Translations under genes and position numbers: made by a program
Notes under the pieces: generated by a model
The model's input: the letters and a program-made list of their open reading frames with translations, nothing else
Told to the model about the DNA's origin: nothing
The model's database searches: none
IMG/VR virus record: IMGVR_UViG_3300005613_000005
Coordinates: 91,213-155,212 of that record
Strand: one strand, 5' to 3'
DNA length: 64,000 nt
From: a virus
Lineage: Duplodnaviria > Heunggongvirae > Uroviricota > Caudoviricetes
Shown here: piece after piece, positions 35,422-44,404 of the stretch
Layout of the letters: each line of letters starts with the position of its first letter
Numbering within the stretch: position 1 is the first letter of the stretch

Positions 35422-36182
35422 TACTTATCTCCTTTTAAGTTATACTTTTCAATAATTGCCTGAAGATCTCCGCCTGTCTCTGCAGTGCTTATATCTAAGG
35501 TGTCTACTTCTTTTCCGGACTTCTTCAACTCAAATAATTTACTGGCGACTTCACTTTTGCTCAACGGTTCAACTTCTTCGCTCTTTTTAAGTGGAACGAT
35601 TCCGTCTATACCTTTTTTAGCAACAGGTTGGTCGGCCATTTTCTCAACAACTTCCATTAATCCAGCGATCTTCTTTTCTAAACCGCTGATGGCGTCGTTA
35701 AACTGTGATTTTAAAAGTTCATCTCTCTCGTCAAGAGATTTCTTTAAATCTTCAGCTTCATCTTCAGATTTTTTACAAGCTTTCTCAGCTTCTTCTTTTT
35801 CAGCTTCTTCTTTTGCAGCTTCTTCTTTTTCAGTTTCTTCTTTTTCAGTTTCTTCTTTTTCAGTTTCTTCTTTTGCAGCCTCTTCCGATTTTGCAGCTTC
35901 TTCATTGATACCTTTTTCCATATCAGCTTTCTCAGCTTCGTCGAGCACGCCTTTTTCAACTTCCTCTTTTTTAGCTTCGTCGTCATCATCGTCGTCATCG
36001 TCGTCGTCTTTGTCTTTTTCTTCTTTGCCGATACTGCCGTTGGAAGGTTGACCCGCAAGGCCATCACCAGGACCTTCAATCTTAACTTCAGAAGCAGCGA
36101 AACGAGATTTCTTCAGATCTTCGATCTCAGAAATTGTTTCGTCGATGAGGCTAGTAAGACTCTTAATTAATTTTTCGTCCAT
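35421..36182 (-). CDS. Prohead scaffolding protein
   Basis: Very acidic, between protease and MCP, repeated LKKS motifs; start at ATG 36182 after AAGGAG. Confidence 0.75.
   Translation of the reverse strand: MDEKLIKSLTSLIDETISEIEDLKKSRFAASEVKIEGPGDGLAGQPSNGSIGKEEKDKDDDDDDDDDDEAKKEEVEKGVLDEAEKADMEKGINEEAAKSEEAAKEETEKEETEKEETEKEEAAKEEAEKEEAEKACKKSEDEAEDLKKSLDERDELLKSQFNDAISGLEKKIAGLMEVVEKMADQPVAKKGIDGIVPLKKSEEVEPLSKSEVASKLFELKKSGKEVDTLDISTAETGGDLQAIIEKYNLKGDK
35791..35880 (-). repeat. Six coding 15-nt tandem repeats (xxKEE)
   Basis: tcttctttttcag(c/t)t units. Confidence 0.85.
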
Positions 36183-36207
36183 ACTATTCTCCTTAATAGT
36201 TGTAAGA

Positions 36208-36621
36208 TTACTGTCCAAGTCCAACCAGGTCATTCATCCCTTTAACTCTAACGAGTTCAGCAGAAGTACCAATTCCTTCATTTCCATCCTGAACAGAAAC
36301 GTCATTAGCAAAACCACAACAGATAGAGAACATCTTTACAGCAACAGCTGTATCGAATACATCTGCGATTGCGTCGTTACCAGCAGCATTCTTACTGAAA
36401 ACGATGTAACCAGGATTTGCAACTCCGATTCCTAGGTATGGAGAACTAGCGTCAGAAACCCCGCCCATGGGTTCTTGGATACTTGCAGCCTGATACTTGA
36501 TCAGAATGTCGTCGCCACCGTCGTCAACGATAACTTGATCTGCTGTATGTGAATTTACAGTGAGACCTTCTAGTTCAGCTGCACGGGCAATTTTGTCTAA
36601 AATTTGTACTGAATTTGCCAT
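36208..36621 (-). CDS. Putative minor capsid/decoration protein
   Basis: Gly/Ala/Val-rich, in capsid operon, AAGGAG RBS. Confidence 0.55.
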   Translation of the reverse strand: MANSVQILDKIARAAELEGLTVNSHTADQVIVDDGGDDILIKYQAASIQEPMGGVSDASSPYLGIGVANPGYIVFSKNAAGNDAIADVFDTAVAVKMFSICCGFANDVSVQDGNEGIGTSAELVRVKGMNDLVGLGQ

Positions 36622-36745
36622 TCGTTTCTCCTTGTATTTTTGTTATAGAATACAATTATAATCAACTTATAGTATACCATATTACTTACTTAATTGTTTA
36701 AACCAGTAACCATGTTAAGCGATAACTAGTGTATAATAAGGTTGT

Positions 36746-37525
36746 ATGTTAGAACAATGGAATCTAAAAAAATGCCCCCACTGTGGTCTCATTAAACCTC
36801 TTGATAGCTTTCACAATAACAAAAGTCGACGCGATGGAAAAAATAATTGGTGCAAAACATGTATGAAACCAGCACTAAAAAAACAACGTCAACGCAAAAA
36901 TCACCAAAAACAGCAACAACGGGTCCAAAATAGTATCAAACATTGGAATAACTTACCAGGAGAAATATGGAAAGATATAAAAGGATACGAAGGATCATAT
37001 CAGATATCCAATAAAGCTAGAATAAAATCAACAGCTAAAGGATTAGGGATCTGGAAACTAAAGAAGACGCCTGTCAATAAAACAACAGGGTATCCATATG
37101 TAGGATTGTCAATAAAGGGTCGTAATAAAACCTATTATTTACATGTTTTAATGGCCACAGCTTTTATTGACAATCCAAACAATTATAAAGTAGTAAACCA
37201 CATAAACGGTAATAAAACCGATTGTTCATTAGATAACTTACAGTGGTGCTCTCAAAATCAAAACGTGGCCCACGCGATTCACACGTTGCACAAACATAAT
37301 TCGCTATACCGGCAAAGAACTCCCAAAAATTTAAGTTCTAGTCACCGCAAAGCAATTAAGCAGATATACAACAAGGCGCGCCAAAAAACAAAAGAAACAG
37401 GTATCAAATACTCCGTCGACCATATTCATCCTTTATATGGTAAAACAAGTTGGGGATTACACGTGCCCTGGAATTTACAAATTATTTTACTTAAAGATAA
37501 CCAAAGAAAAAATAATAAAAATTAA
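36746..37525 (+). CDS. Homing endonuclease: Zn finger, NUMOD4, HNH and a second HNH
   Basis: EIWKDIKGYEGSYQISNKAR (NUMOD4); VNHINGNKTD..LDNLQWCS..QN; VDHIHPL....GLHVPWNLQII...N..K; antisense to the head operon. Confidence 0.9.
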   Translation: MLEQWNLKKCPHCGLIKPLDSFHNNKSRRDGKNNWCKTCMKPALKKQRQRKNHQKQQQRVQNSIKHWNNLPGEIWKDIKGYEGSYQISNKARIKSTAKGLGIWKLKKTPVNKTTGYPYVGLSIKGRNKTYYLHVLMATAFIDNPNNYKVVNHINGNKTDCSLDNLQWCSQNQNVAHAIHTLHKHNSLYRQRTPKNLSSSHRKAIKQIYNKARQKTKETGIKYSVDHIHPLYGKTSWGLHVPWNLQIILLKDNQRKNNKN

Positions 37526-37526
37526 A

Positions 37527-38495
37527 CTATATTAACTCGAAAATTTTAGCGAACGGAAAGGATTTATTGCAGTGACGACACTTGACCTGATTGCTCATGT
37601 ATACCTGTTCTTTACCACAACTAGGACATGTTATATACTTGAAATCGTCTTCTAACGCTTCACGTTGGAGTACCGTACCGCCAGTACGATTGGTGGGTGC
37701 ACTAACTCCGCCATAACCAGCGCATAATGCTTTAACTAATTTATTGATTTTATTTATATTTTTATCAATCTTATGTTCTAGTGCTTTCTCAACGATATCT
37801 TTAGGATCAATGTTTGGAAAGCATTTTTCGATGCCAAGATCGTTTACTATCTTTTGAATTTTTTCGACGTTGGTTTTTATCTTGTTCGCACTCGCGTTCC
37901 TCGTTATGTGTCGAAACGACGGTACATCTGTCTTTGCCAAGTGCATCACCGATCGTATGAGTTCCATGTCAGCTTTCTCTTGATCCGGATTAGCATTTTT
38001 TTGCAGGTTGATAGGCTCTGCTAAGGTCGCCTGGTTGGCCGGCGTAAAAGTAAGCGCGACAGAATGGATCTTGGTTCGAGCCAGTAATGAAGGATCTTTG
38101 ATACCGCGCTGTATAACTCCCCCTTCAACTGAAGTTTTTAACTTAAGTGGAGAATCTTCCTTATGAATGTTCCTTAATATAGCAGCGGCGGCTTTCGCGT
38201 TCTGATGATCATCGTTGTATAAATATCCCTTACAATAGATATAAGGTGTCTTAACTTTCTCCCAATAATACCTATGCCTATCATTCTCGCAATCTTCTTC
38301 CTTAAATATCTTCTTAGCTTCTGTTATACGACCTATAGAATTAAAAAATCCTTTACCATGGTTATCATTCCAACGACCTTTTCCAACTTCTAATTCACTT
38401 ATATCGGCACCTTCGATCGACAGCATCTCGCCTTGCGAATCTCTCAATTGTGAGCCCGCTATACAGTCCAACCACATTTTATCATTTTTAGGCAT
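37527..38495 (-). CDS. Prohead protease with C-terminal capsid-like arm and zinc ribbon
   Basis: WNDNH (His), LKTSVEGG (Ser), ALTFTPANQAT; position upstream of scaffold/MCP; start at ATG 38495 after GGAG. Confidence 0.85.
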   Translation of the reverse strand: MPKNDKMWLDCIAGSQLRDSQGEMLSIEGADISELEVGKGRWNDNHGKGFFNSIGRITEAKKIFKEEDCENDRHRYYWEKVKTPYIYCKGYLYNDDHQNAKAAAAILRNIHKEDSPLKLKTSVEGGVIQRGIKDPSLLARTKIHSVALTFTPANQATLAEPINLQKNANPDQEKADMELIRSVMHLAKTDVPSFRHITRNASANKIKTNVEKIQKIVNDLGIEKCFPNIDPKDIVEKALEHKIDKNINKINKLVKALCAGYGGVSAPTNRTGGTVLQREALEDDFKYITCPSCGKEQVYMSNQVKCRHCNKSFPFAKIFELI

Positions 38496-38514
38496 AATAA
38501 GACTCCTAAAAGTC

Positions 38515-38523
38515 ATTATACCA
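38515..38523 (-). promoter_or_regulatory. Extended -10 promoter TGGTATAAT of the head operon
   Basis: Matches TGnTATAAT; no clear -35. Confidence 0.55.
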
Positions 38524-38578
38524 GATTATAACTCTAATTTTACATTGGTTTAACGTATATGAATATGTTATCTAAAAT

Positions 38579-38938
38579 CTAACTATCTAATATAGAAGAT
38601 CCTTTATGCCCATCGATAAGTTCACGAAATACGTCAGTGTTACGGATCTTTTCAATGGCATTTTTTTCAATTTTGCGCACCGTATCCATCGATATGTTCA
38701 TGAAATGAGCTATCTCCATCTCAGATGGTGCTTTATCAGGAAGAAAGTCTTGTAAATACTTAAAAAAACAATAGTTAGCAAGCTGATGGTTGATGGCCCA
38801 CGGACATCCCGGAAGCTTTGCCTCATCTTCTTCTGAAAGTTCTTCACTCGCATTTCTAAGAGCTTTTAATCTGAGTACAGCAAGTGGACAAAAACAATCT
38901 GGTAACTCGCACAACTTCCTAGGGCATCGAGGATCCAT
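38579..38938 (-). CDS. Sigma70 region-4-only protein with Cys-rich N-terminus
   Basis: SEMEIAHFMNISMDTVRKIEKNAIEKIR matches sigma 4.2 (TLxEIG...VSRERVRQIExxALxKLR). Confidence 0.75.
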   Translation of the reverse strand: MDPRCPRKLCELPDCFCPLAVLRLKALRNASEELSEEDEAKLPGCPWAINHQLANYCFFKYLQDFLPDKAPSEMEIAHFMNISMDTVRKIEKNAIEKIRNTDVFRELIDGHKGSSILDS

Positions 38939-38940
38939 GA

Positions 38941-39345
38941 TTATTTATCGTCTTTCTTGATCTTGCTGACATATGAGATAAGTTTTTGATAATATTTACT
39001 GTTCTTGATAAAAAACTTCACGTCGCGCACGCGTCGCATGATACTGGCAAACTCAGTTATCACCAGCTCATTAAAACCAACAGCGCCTATCTTCTCTTTA
39101 ACGTACCCGTATATCTCTTGGTCGATGTGGGTGATACCCGTCATGAGATCAGTAGTATTCATGGTTATAAGCGTACCATACTGTTTGTCCGATAGAAGAT
39201 CGTGAACCAACAGCGTACAACGTAACTTCATGTCAACTTGAGGTAACTTACAATATTTAACGACGACGTGTTTACCACGCAGTAAATAATATCTACGAAC
39301 TAGCTTTTTATACAGTTCATTCAACTTTTTCTTGTTTATTTTCAC
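38941..39345 (-). CDS. Hypothetical protein
   Basis: ORF track; GTG start after GGAGAGG chosen. Confidence 0.55.
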   Translation of the reverse strand: MKINKKKLNELYKKLVRRYYLLRGKHVVVKYCKLPQVDMKLRCTLLVHDLLSDKQYGTLITMNTTDLMTGITHIDQEIYGYVKEKIGAVGFNELVITEFASIMRRVRDVKFFIKNSKYYQKLISYVSKIKKDDK

Positions 39346-40006
39346 AGCAACCCTCTCCTTTGTTACATTTACTATCGCAACCTTCACACTTTGATTTTAA
39401 ATCTTCTGGAAGACCGTCCTTCAGAACATCAACTTCTTCAACGGCTGGAACTTTACGAATACCTAAAATCTCAATAACATGTTTCTTATCGTTGATAGTA
39501 AAATCGAACTTATCACCTACTTTTTTACCAGGAAATTCTTTGATGGCGTTGGCGTTTGAGCTTTCGTCTAACTTAAACTTAGAACGGAAAATGGACGCAT
39601 CAGGATCTTCTTCACACGTTGATGCGATGATCACGACGCTGTCTTTCTCAATAGTGTCGACTATCTCATATTTTTTTTCTGCGTCTTCTTTATCAGAAGC
39701 ATCATTGAAATCCTTAAGCTTCATGTCGGCTGCTATCTTCTCTAATTTATCCTTGTCCATGTTGGTTATCTTCATCATGGCCAATGTCCTGTACTGAAGA
39801 TCGTTCAGCACTCCCATGGAACTGCTGATGTCTTTTTCCATCAACTGGAGACTGTTACCAAACTGCTGCATCCCCATCTGTAATACCCTAAGTGCCATCT
39901 GTATGTTAGCGAACATCTTCTCTAACTCTTCGATCCTTTGAGTTTTATTGGGTTTGGGAGCGTTCCTAAATCCTTTTTTAGGGGCTATTGGTTTCTTGTT
40001 ACTCAT
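39317..40006 (-). CDS. Coiled-coil plus GreA/GreB C-terminal-like domain protein
   Basis: DSVVII...AIKEFPGKKVGDKFDFTINDKKHVIEILGIR resembles the Gre C-terminal fold. Confidence 0.5.
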   Translation of the reverse strand: MSNKKPIAPKKGFRNAPKPNKTQRIEELEKMFANIQMALRVLQMGMQQFGNSLQLMEKDISSSMGVLNDLQYRTLAMMKITNMDKDKLEKIAADMKLKDFNDASDKEDAEKKYEIVDTIEKDSVVIIASTCEEDPDASIFRSKFKLDESSNANAIKEFPGKKVGDKFDFTINDKKHVIEILGIRKVPAVEEVDVLKDGLPEDLKSKCEGCDSKCNKGEGCCENKQEKVE

Positions 40007-40791
40007 CTCGTTTCCTCCGTCTTGTTAAACATTCTTTGACAGAAAAGTTTAAGAGTTTCAACCTCACGTTCAGTAAAATTTTTATCTGACGATGAGCCAA
40101 ATAAAGCACCTAACTTTTCCTGTAAAAATTCTCTTATACTATTTTCCAACGCGTCGTATGCTTCACCTTTTCTCTTTATTATGCGAGCACTCAGAAGCGT
40201 GTTTATGGCATTAGCTTGTTCTAACTTTAATTGCTGCGCAGATTTAGAGGGTTTTAAAGATACAACCGGTTCATCTATCTTTTCTTTGGTAGTCTTCTTA
40301 GATACGATCTTTTTACTCTTTATAAAATCCTTCATCTGGCGCTTTTTAAAACCGTATTTTATCGCCATCTTGTCATACAATGCTACAGCCTGTACAAACT
40401 GACTTCTCTTAAGATTTTCTTTGTTGGCGACGCATCTTTTCCAATGGGCATCCACGTTTGAATCGTACATCAATATATATCTGGTAGCATTTTTACTTTC
40501 AAACTCGCGCAAAACTTCTATCTCTTCATCGGTCAACTTAGGATTGCGTCCAAAAACATATGGCCATATGCATTCTCCATAAGGAGATCTGTCAAATATC
40601 ACGTCCTCCCCATCGTACTTCATGTAAACGTCGAGTAACTCATCGCAATATGACGGTCCAGTATATCCAGGATTAAAGTATTTCTTGTCAGGCGCGGACA
40701 TATGATGAACAATGTATCCACGTTTTTTATAATGCTCAGCAACAGTCGATTTGCCCGAACGGTCAAGTCCTTCAAGTATAATAAATCCCAT
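40003..40791 (-). CDS. tmk: Thymidylate/dNMP kinase
   Basis: IILEGLDRSGKST P-loop, VIFDRS motif. Confidence 0.85.
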   Translation of the reverse strand: MGFIILEGLDRSGKSTVAEHYKKRGYIVHHMSAPDKKYFNPGYTGPSYCDELLDVYMKYDGEDVIFDRSPYGECIWPYVFGRNPKLTDEEIEVLREFESKNATRYILMYDSNVDAHWKRCVANKENLKRSQFVQAVALYDKMAIKYGFKKRQMKDFIKSKKIVSKKTTKEKIDEPVVSLKPSKSAQQLKLEQANAINTLLSARIIKRKGEAYDALENSIREFLQEKLGALFGSSSDKNFTEREVETLKLFCQRMFNKTEETR

Positions 40792-40817
40792 ATAATCTCC
40801 TATAAATTATATTTTAC

Positions 40818-41312
40818 CTATCCCTCATAATTATTAGATTTTTTAAGGTTTTTAATTGCCTCTTTAGGCTGTAAATTCTTTAATGACCAGCATTCTTTAA
40901 ATTCAGGATCATGTACAGAACTATAATTAAACCAACTATCAGGCTTCACGTGATCTATATTCCAAGTTCTCTTATCTTTTACATAAATTCCATAATTCTC
41001 CCAATTCATCCAAGATTCCCATAATGACTCTATGTGCTTTTTAAGATCGTCCACCGTATATCCTAGCAAGTCAAAAGTAGATTTTTTATTTTTGTTTATT
41101 AATCTTTGCTTTAATCTAGCTGACAAATTTGCTTTCATGGACGAACGAATCTTTTTATGTTCTGCACTATAAAATCTTTGTAATTGATTTTGACAGTTAA
41201 CGCACGTTCTATTTGCATCACAATTGCGTCTATAACCGACATCAATCTTACAGCGTGGACAAATTTGCCGATACAGTATATTTTTGCCTCCATTTTTAGT
41301 TGCTTTAATCAT
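40818..41312 (-). CDS. HNH homing endonuclease (same family as 21558-22175)
   Basis: LGYTVDDLKKHIES.W..WMNWENYG...WNIDHVKP...CWSLKNLQP..A..N.KK. Confidence 0.85.
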   Translation of the reverse strand: MIKATKNGGKNILYRQICPRCKIDVGYRRNCDANRTCVNCQNQLQRFYSAEHKKIRSSMKANLSARLKQRLINKNKKSTFDLLGYTVDDLKKHIESLWESWMNWENYGIYVKDKRTWNIDHVKPDSWFNYSSVHDPEFKECWSLKNLQPKEAIKNLKKSNNYEG

Positions 41313-41327
41313 ATTTTATACAAAATA

Positions 41328-42401
41328 TTAATTCATTTCGATTCGTATCCCATAATTCCTTAAAAAATCAATAACATATTTGACTAACTTCTTATTTTTA
41401 CCAATAATTTCAGGTACATGAACTCCATGTGCTTTAAATTTTTTCTTAGCTATTAACTTAACCATCGCTACAGCTGGCAACCCGGTCACGCGAGCCATAG
41501 AATGGTTAGTTCCATCATGCTCATCGTACACGATCGTCTTTATCTTTTTGTTCTCGTTCTTAGATATAATCTCTAATACGCTCATGTCACGATACGCACT
41601 CGTCATTTTCCATTCATTTGTCAACATCTTGACCGTTTTCTCTAAATTATTAGGAGAAAAATATTCGTTTTCTTTGAGCATACGTATGTAATTAAAATGT
41701 TTATCGTATCGCAGTGTTATCTCATACATGTTTTTAATCGGTAGAGTAACCAACAAGGAACGTAAACCATCAGAAACAAAACCACTGGTCTTTAAATTGA
41801 GTTTATCGTTGTGATATAAATAATTCAACATGAACGGTTCCTCAACTACTTCTTCACCGTTTCTGATAACGCGAGCTGGACGCGTATATTCTTCGACGAT
41901 ATCGACCGGTGAAAAAACGGCCTTGTAATCAGCGCTTTTATCTAACGGTAACCCACCGACCCATATACTACACGTATCAATGTCTTTATTGAATTCATGA
42001 TGATAATGATATCCAGCAAACAAGTGCGATAATCCCGGAGCGAAACCAAAATCTGCAACAACACACACGTTATTCTTTTTTGCAAGTATATCTAACTCTA
42101 AAAAATCTTCTGGCATAAACGAAAAATCAACTACGGTTAATTTATGTTCTATACACATCTTAAGTATACGATATCCCATAAAACCAGGCATAGCATTGAC
42201 AATTATGTCTTCGTTGCGCAGTACACTGTTTAATACATCATCGTCGTTTAGGTCTGCCTTATATCTATGTTGGGTTTTACATTTTTTAAGATTATCGTCG
42301 TTAACGTCGACGACCGCGACCTCTAGCGTTTTATCTTTTTGTAGTTCGTTCGTAACAAAAGAGCCAATTAATCCGGCCCCTAAAACCATAACTCTTCGCA
42401 T
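41328..42401 (-). CDS. Saccharopine dehydrogenase / lysine 6-dehydrogenase family oxidoreductase
   Basis: VLGAGLIG Rossmann motif, GFAPGLS, VGGLP, FSP.DIVEEYTRPAR, DGLRSLL, TLRY..H, MARVTG. Confidence 0.9.
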   Translation of the reverse strand: MRRVMVLGAGLIGSFVTNELQKDKTLEVAVVDVNDDNLKKCKTQHRYKADLNDDDVLNSVLRNEDIIVNAMPGFMGYRILKMCIEHKLTVVDFSFMPEDFLELDILAKKNNVCVVADFGFAPGLSHLFAGYHYHHEFNKDIDTCSIWVGGLPLDKSADYKAVFSPVDIVEEYTRPARVIRNGEEVVEEPFMLNYLYHNDKLNLKTSGFVSDGLRSLLVTLPIKNMYEITLRYDKHFNYIRMLKENEYFSPNNLEKTVKMLTNEWKMTSAYRDMSVLEIISKNENKKIKTIVYDEHDGTNHSMARVTGLPAVAMVKLIAKKKFKAHGVHVPEIIGKNKKLVKYVIDFLRNYGIRIEMN

Positions 42402-42444
42402 ACACACCCCTTAAAATATTATACAGATGTGTAGTAACGTATAG

Positions 42445-44355
42445 TTATTTATCGTTTTTCTTATTCAAGGGATTAGCTACTGGCTTATCACCTATCTTAA
42501 GCGGTTTAGATGCTGCACCAACACTCTTTGCAGTTTCCTGTAATCCTTTTTTCCCACCAACAACACTGTGAGCTGCAGCGTTTGCCTTATCATTCATCAT
42601 GGTATCATGAACTTCTTGTTCACGTTTATGACTACCTTCAGCATGCTCCATCTGTTGTTCCAACATCTTCTGTTGCTGCTCCATCTGACCTTCAACCTGT
42701 ACATCTTGTTTTTTCTGTCGATCGATAGTTAACAATAACTGTTGCCAACCAAGAAACGCAGGATCAGAGGGTATATATTGAAGTTCACGTTTTTTAGAGG
42801 CACCTTTGTCACCAAAGAAATGCTCGCGTATCTCACCGCGCGTCATATTCTTCTCAATCAACATCCAGAATGCCTGATTTAATGGTAGATCACATCCAGG
42901 AATCTTTATCGGTTTCTTCTGTGCTGCGGTAAGAAGATCGTTCAACGAACTGTGAACAGTCATCTCAGCTTGAAGCTGTTGGACTAACGTTTGAGGTGTT
43001 TCTTCTTCATATCCTATGAACTCAAACTTATATTTTTTAGCAAGTTCTACATCCAACGAAGGAATTATATCGCAATTGATAAGATCTTCAAAAAACATCA
43101 ACAACGGATATAGTCCGCGTTCACGAGAATACTCGATCTTGTAAGCATTATTCGCCTGTTGCATCGGAGCTCTTCCTGTCAACGAGGTAAGAAAATCGAG
43201 GCCTAATTCTATAGGATCTATCTGGAACTGGGTACATATCGCGCGCATGATGTGACTGTTGAAGTTGATATATTCCATGTCTTTAGCAGAACCTGCCATC
43301 GGAACCCAGTTTATATCTTCTAGTCCAGCGATGATCGGTGTTTTCCACGCGTGCTGAGCACCGTTTATAGTGTTGTAGAACTGCCTGCGAAATGCTGTCA
43401 GTTGACTCTGAGTTACTGTACCTTTAAGATGTAGTATACCACGGGCAGCTTGACCGTGCGTAAAGAAATTAGCGTTGTAATTTTCAGCATTTAAGTGATT
43501 AGTCACGTTGACGATAGCCAATTCTAACGGAGAATAACAATATCCCATAGAATCAATAAAATTCTGTGGATTATACAACTTAAATACCATATCCTCATCA
43601 CCAAAAATCGCTAATATGGTCTGATCAAGCGATACCTGAACATATTTGTAATATTCTAAGTCTTCTTCATTTATAACCTGATTTTCTGCAGGATCATTGT
43701 TGCTACCGATCCGATATTTACTATGACCTGCCTTTAAAGAACTCTCAATTACTTCTTTAGAGCTTTTCTTATTGACTAAGTATACAGATTCAGCCGGTAA
43801 AGGACGAAAACGATGTAAGCCACCACTGCGAGTCTTAACTTTCTCAATAGCCACATGACCGAACGTGAGTGCGTCACGAGTGCATTTCTTTAAAAAAGTA
43901 CCGAACAGCATCTTATCATCCGGTGGCGTATCCTTCATGCGTCCACATCGATATATGAAATTTTCTAACTTCTTGATTTCCTCTAGTTCCTCATCCACTA
44001 TCTCTTCTTTTTGATCGCGTTTGACAAACCTAAAACCCATCTTGAAACGATCGTGTTCAGGGCGAGAAAGTCTCAGTAAAGTATCAGTTCTAGCTTGAAT
44101 AATCGCAGATACTAACCAATCCCTTATTGACACATCTTTTAGCGTCTTGTTAGACAACCTTGAAGCACGATGCTTGTATATAACGCTCTGAGAAATTTGA
44201 TCAAAATACGGATCAGAAAGCATAGCTTTCTGACCGATCTGCTTGCTAGCATCATGATCGTTCTCAGGTTTATCAGGTAAAGAATCAACATCTGTTTTTA
44301 GCATATCATCAATCTGTGCTTGCTGAGTCTTTCTTAGCCAATCAAAAATTCCCAT
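42445..44355 (-). CDS. Portal protein
   Basis: RDALTFGHVAIE, GYCYSPLE, NANFFTHG...GIL, FRRQFY..INGAQHAWKTPI, FQIDPIELG. Confidence 0.92.
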   Translation of the reverse strand: MGIFDWLRKTQQAQIDDMLKTDVDSLPDKPENDHDASKQIGQKAMLSDPYFDQISQSVIYKHRASRLSNKTLKDVSIRDWLVSAIIQARTDTLLRLSRPEHDRFKMGFRFVKRDQKEEIVDEELEEIKKLENFIYRCGRMKDTPPDDKMLFGTFLKKCTRDALTFGHVAIEKVKTRSGGLHRFRPLPAESVYLVNKKSSKEVIESSLKAGHSKYRIGSNNDPAENQVINEEDLEYYKYVQVSLDQTILAIFGDEDMVFKLYNPQNFIDSMGYCYSPLELAIVNVTNHLNAENYNANFFTHGQAARGILHLKGTVTQSQLTAFRRQFYNTINGAQHAWKTPIIAGLEDINWVPMAGSAKDMEYINFNSHIMRAICTQFQIDPIELGLDFLTSLTGRAPMQQANNAYKIEYSRERGLYPLLMFFEDLINCDIIPSLDVELAKKYKFEFIGYEEETPQTLVQQLQAEMTVHSSLNDLLTAAQKKPIKIPGCDLPLNQAFWMLIEKNMTRGEIREHFFGDKGASKKRELQYIPSDPAFLGWQQLLLTIDRQKKQDVQVEGQMEQQQKMLEQQMEHAEGSHKREQEVHDTMMNDKANAAAHSVVGGKKGLQETAKSVGAASKPLKIGDKPVANPLNKKNDK

Positions 44356-44386
44356 ACTTCCTGCCTTTTTATATTATATACTATCA

Positions 44387-44395
44387 ATTATACCA
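44387..44395 (-). promoter_or_regulatory. Extended -10 promoter TGGTATAAT upstream of portal
   Basis: Matches TGnTATAAT. Confidence 0.5.
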
Positions 44396-44404
44396 AAATT
44401 TACT

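Noticed and set aside
35791-35880. 15-nt tandem repeats as a regulatory or contingency locus
   Set aside because: In-frame xxKEE low-complexity repeats in the scaffold; the length is a multiple of 3, so no phase variation
35485-36051. Antisense ORFs such as 35485-36051, 21083-21499, 20306-20722 and 49641-50126
   Set aside because: Shadow frames of low-complexity or well-supported genes on the opposite strand, with no RBS or domain signal
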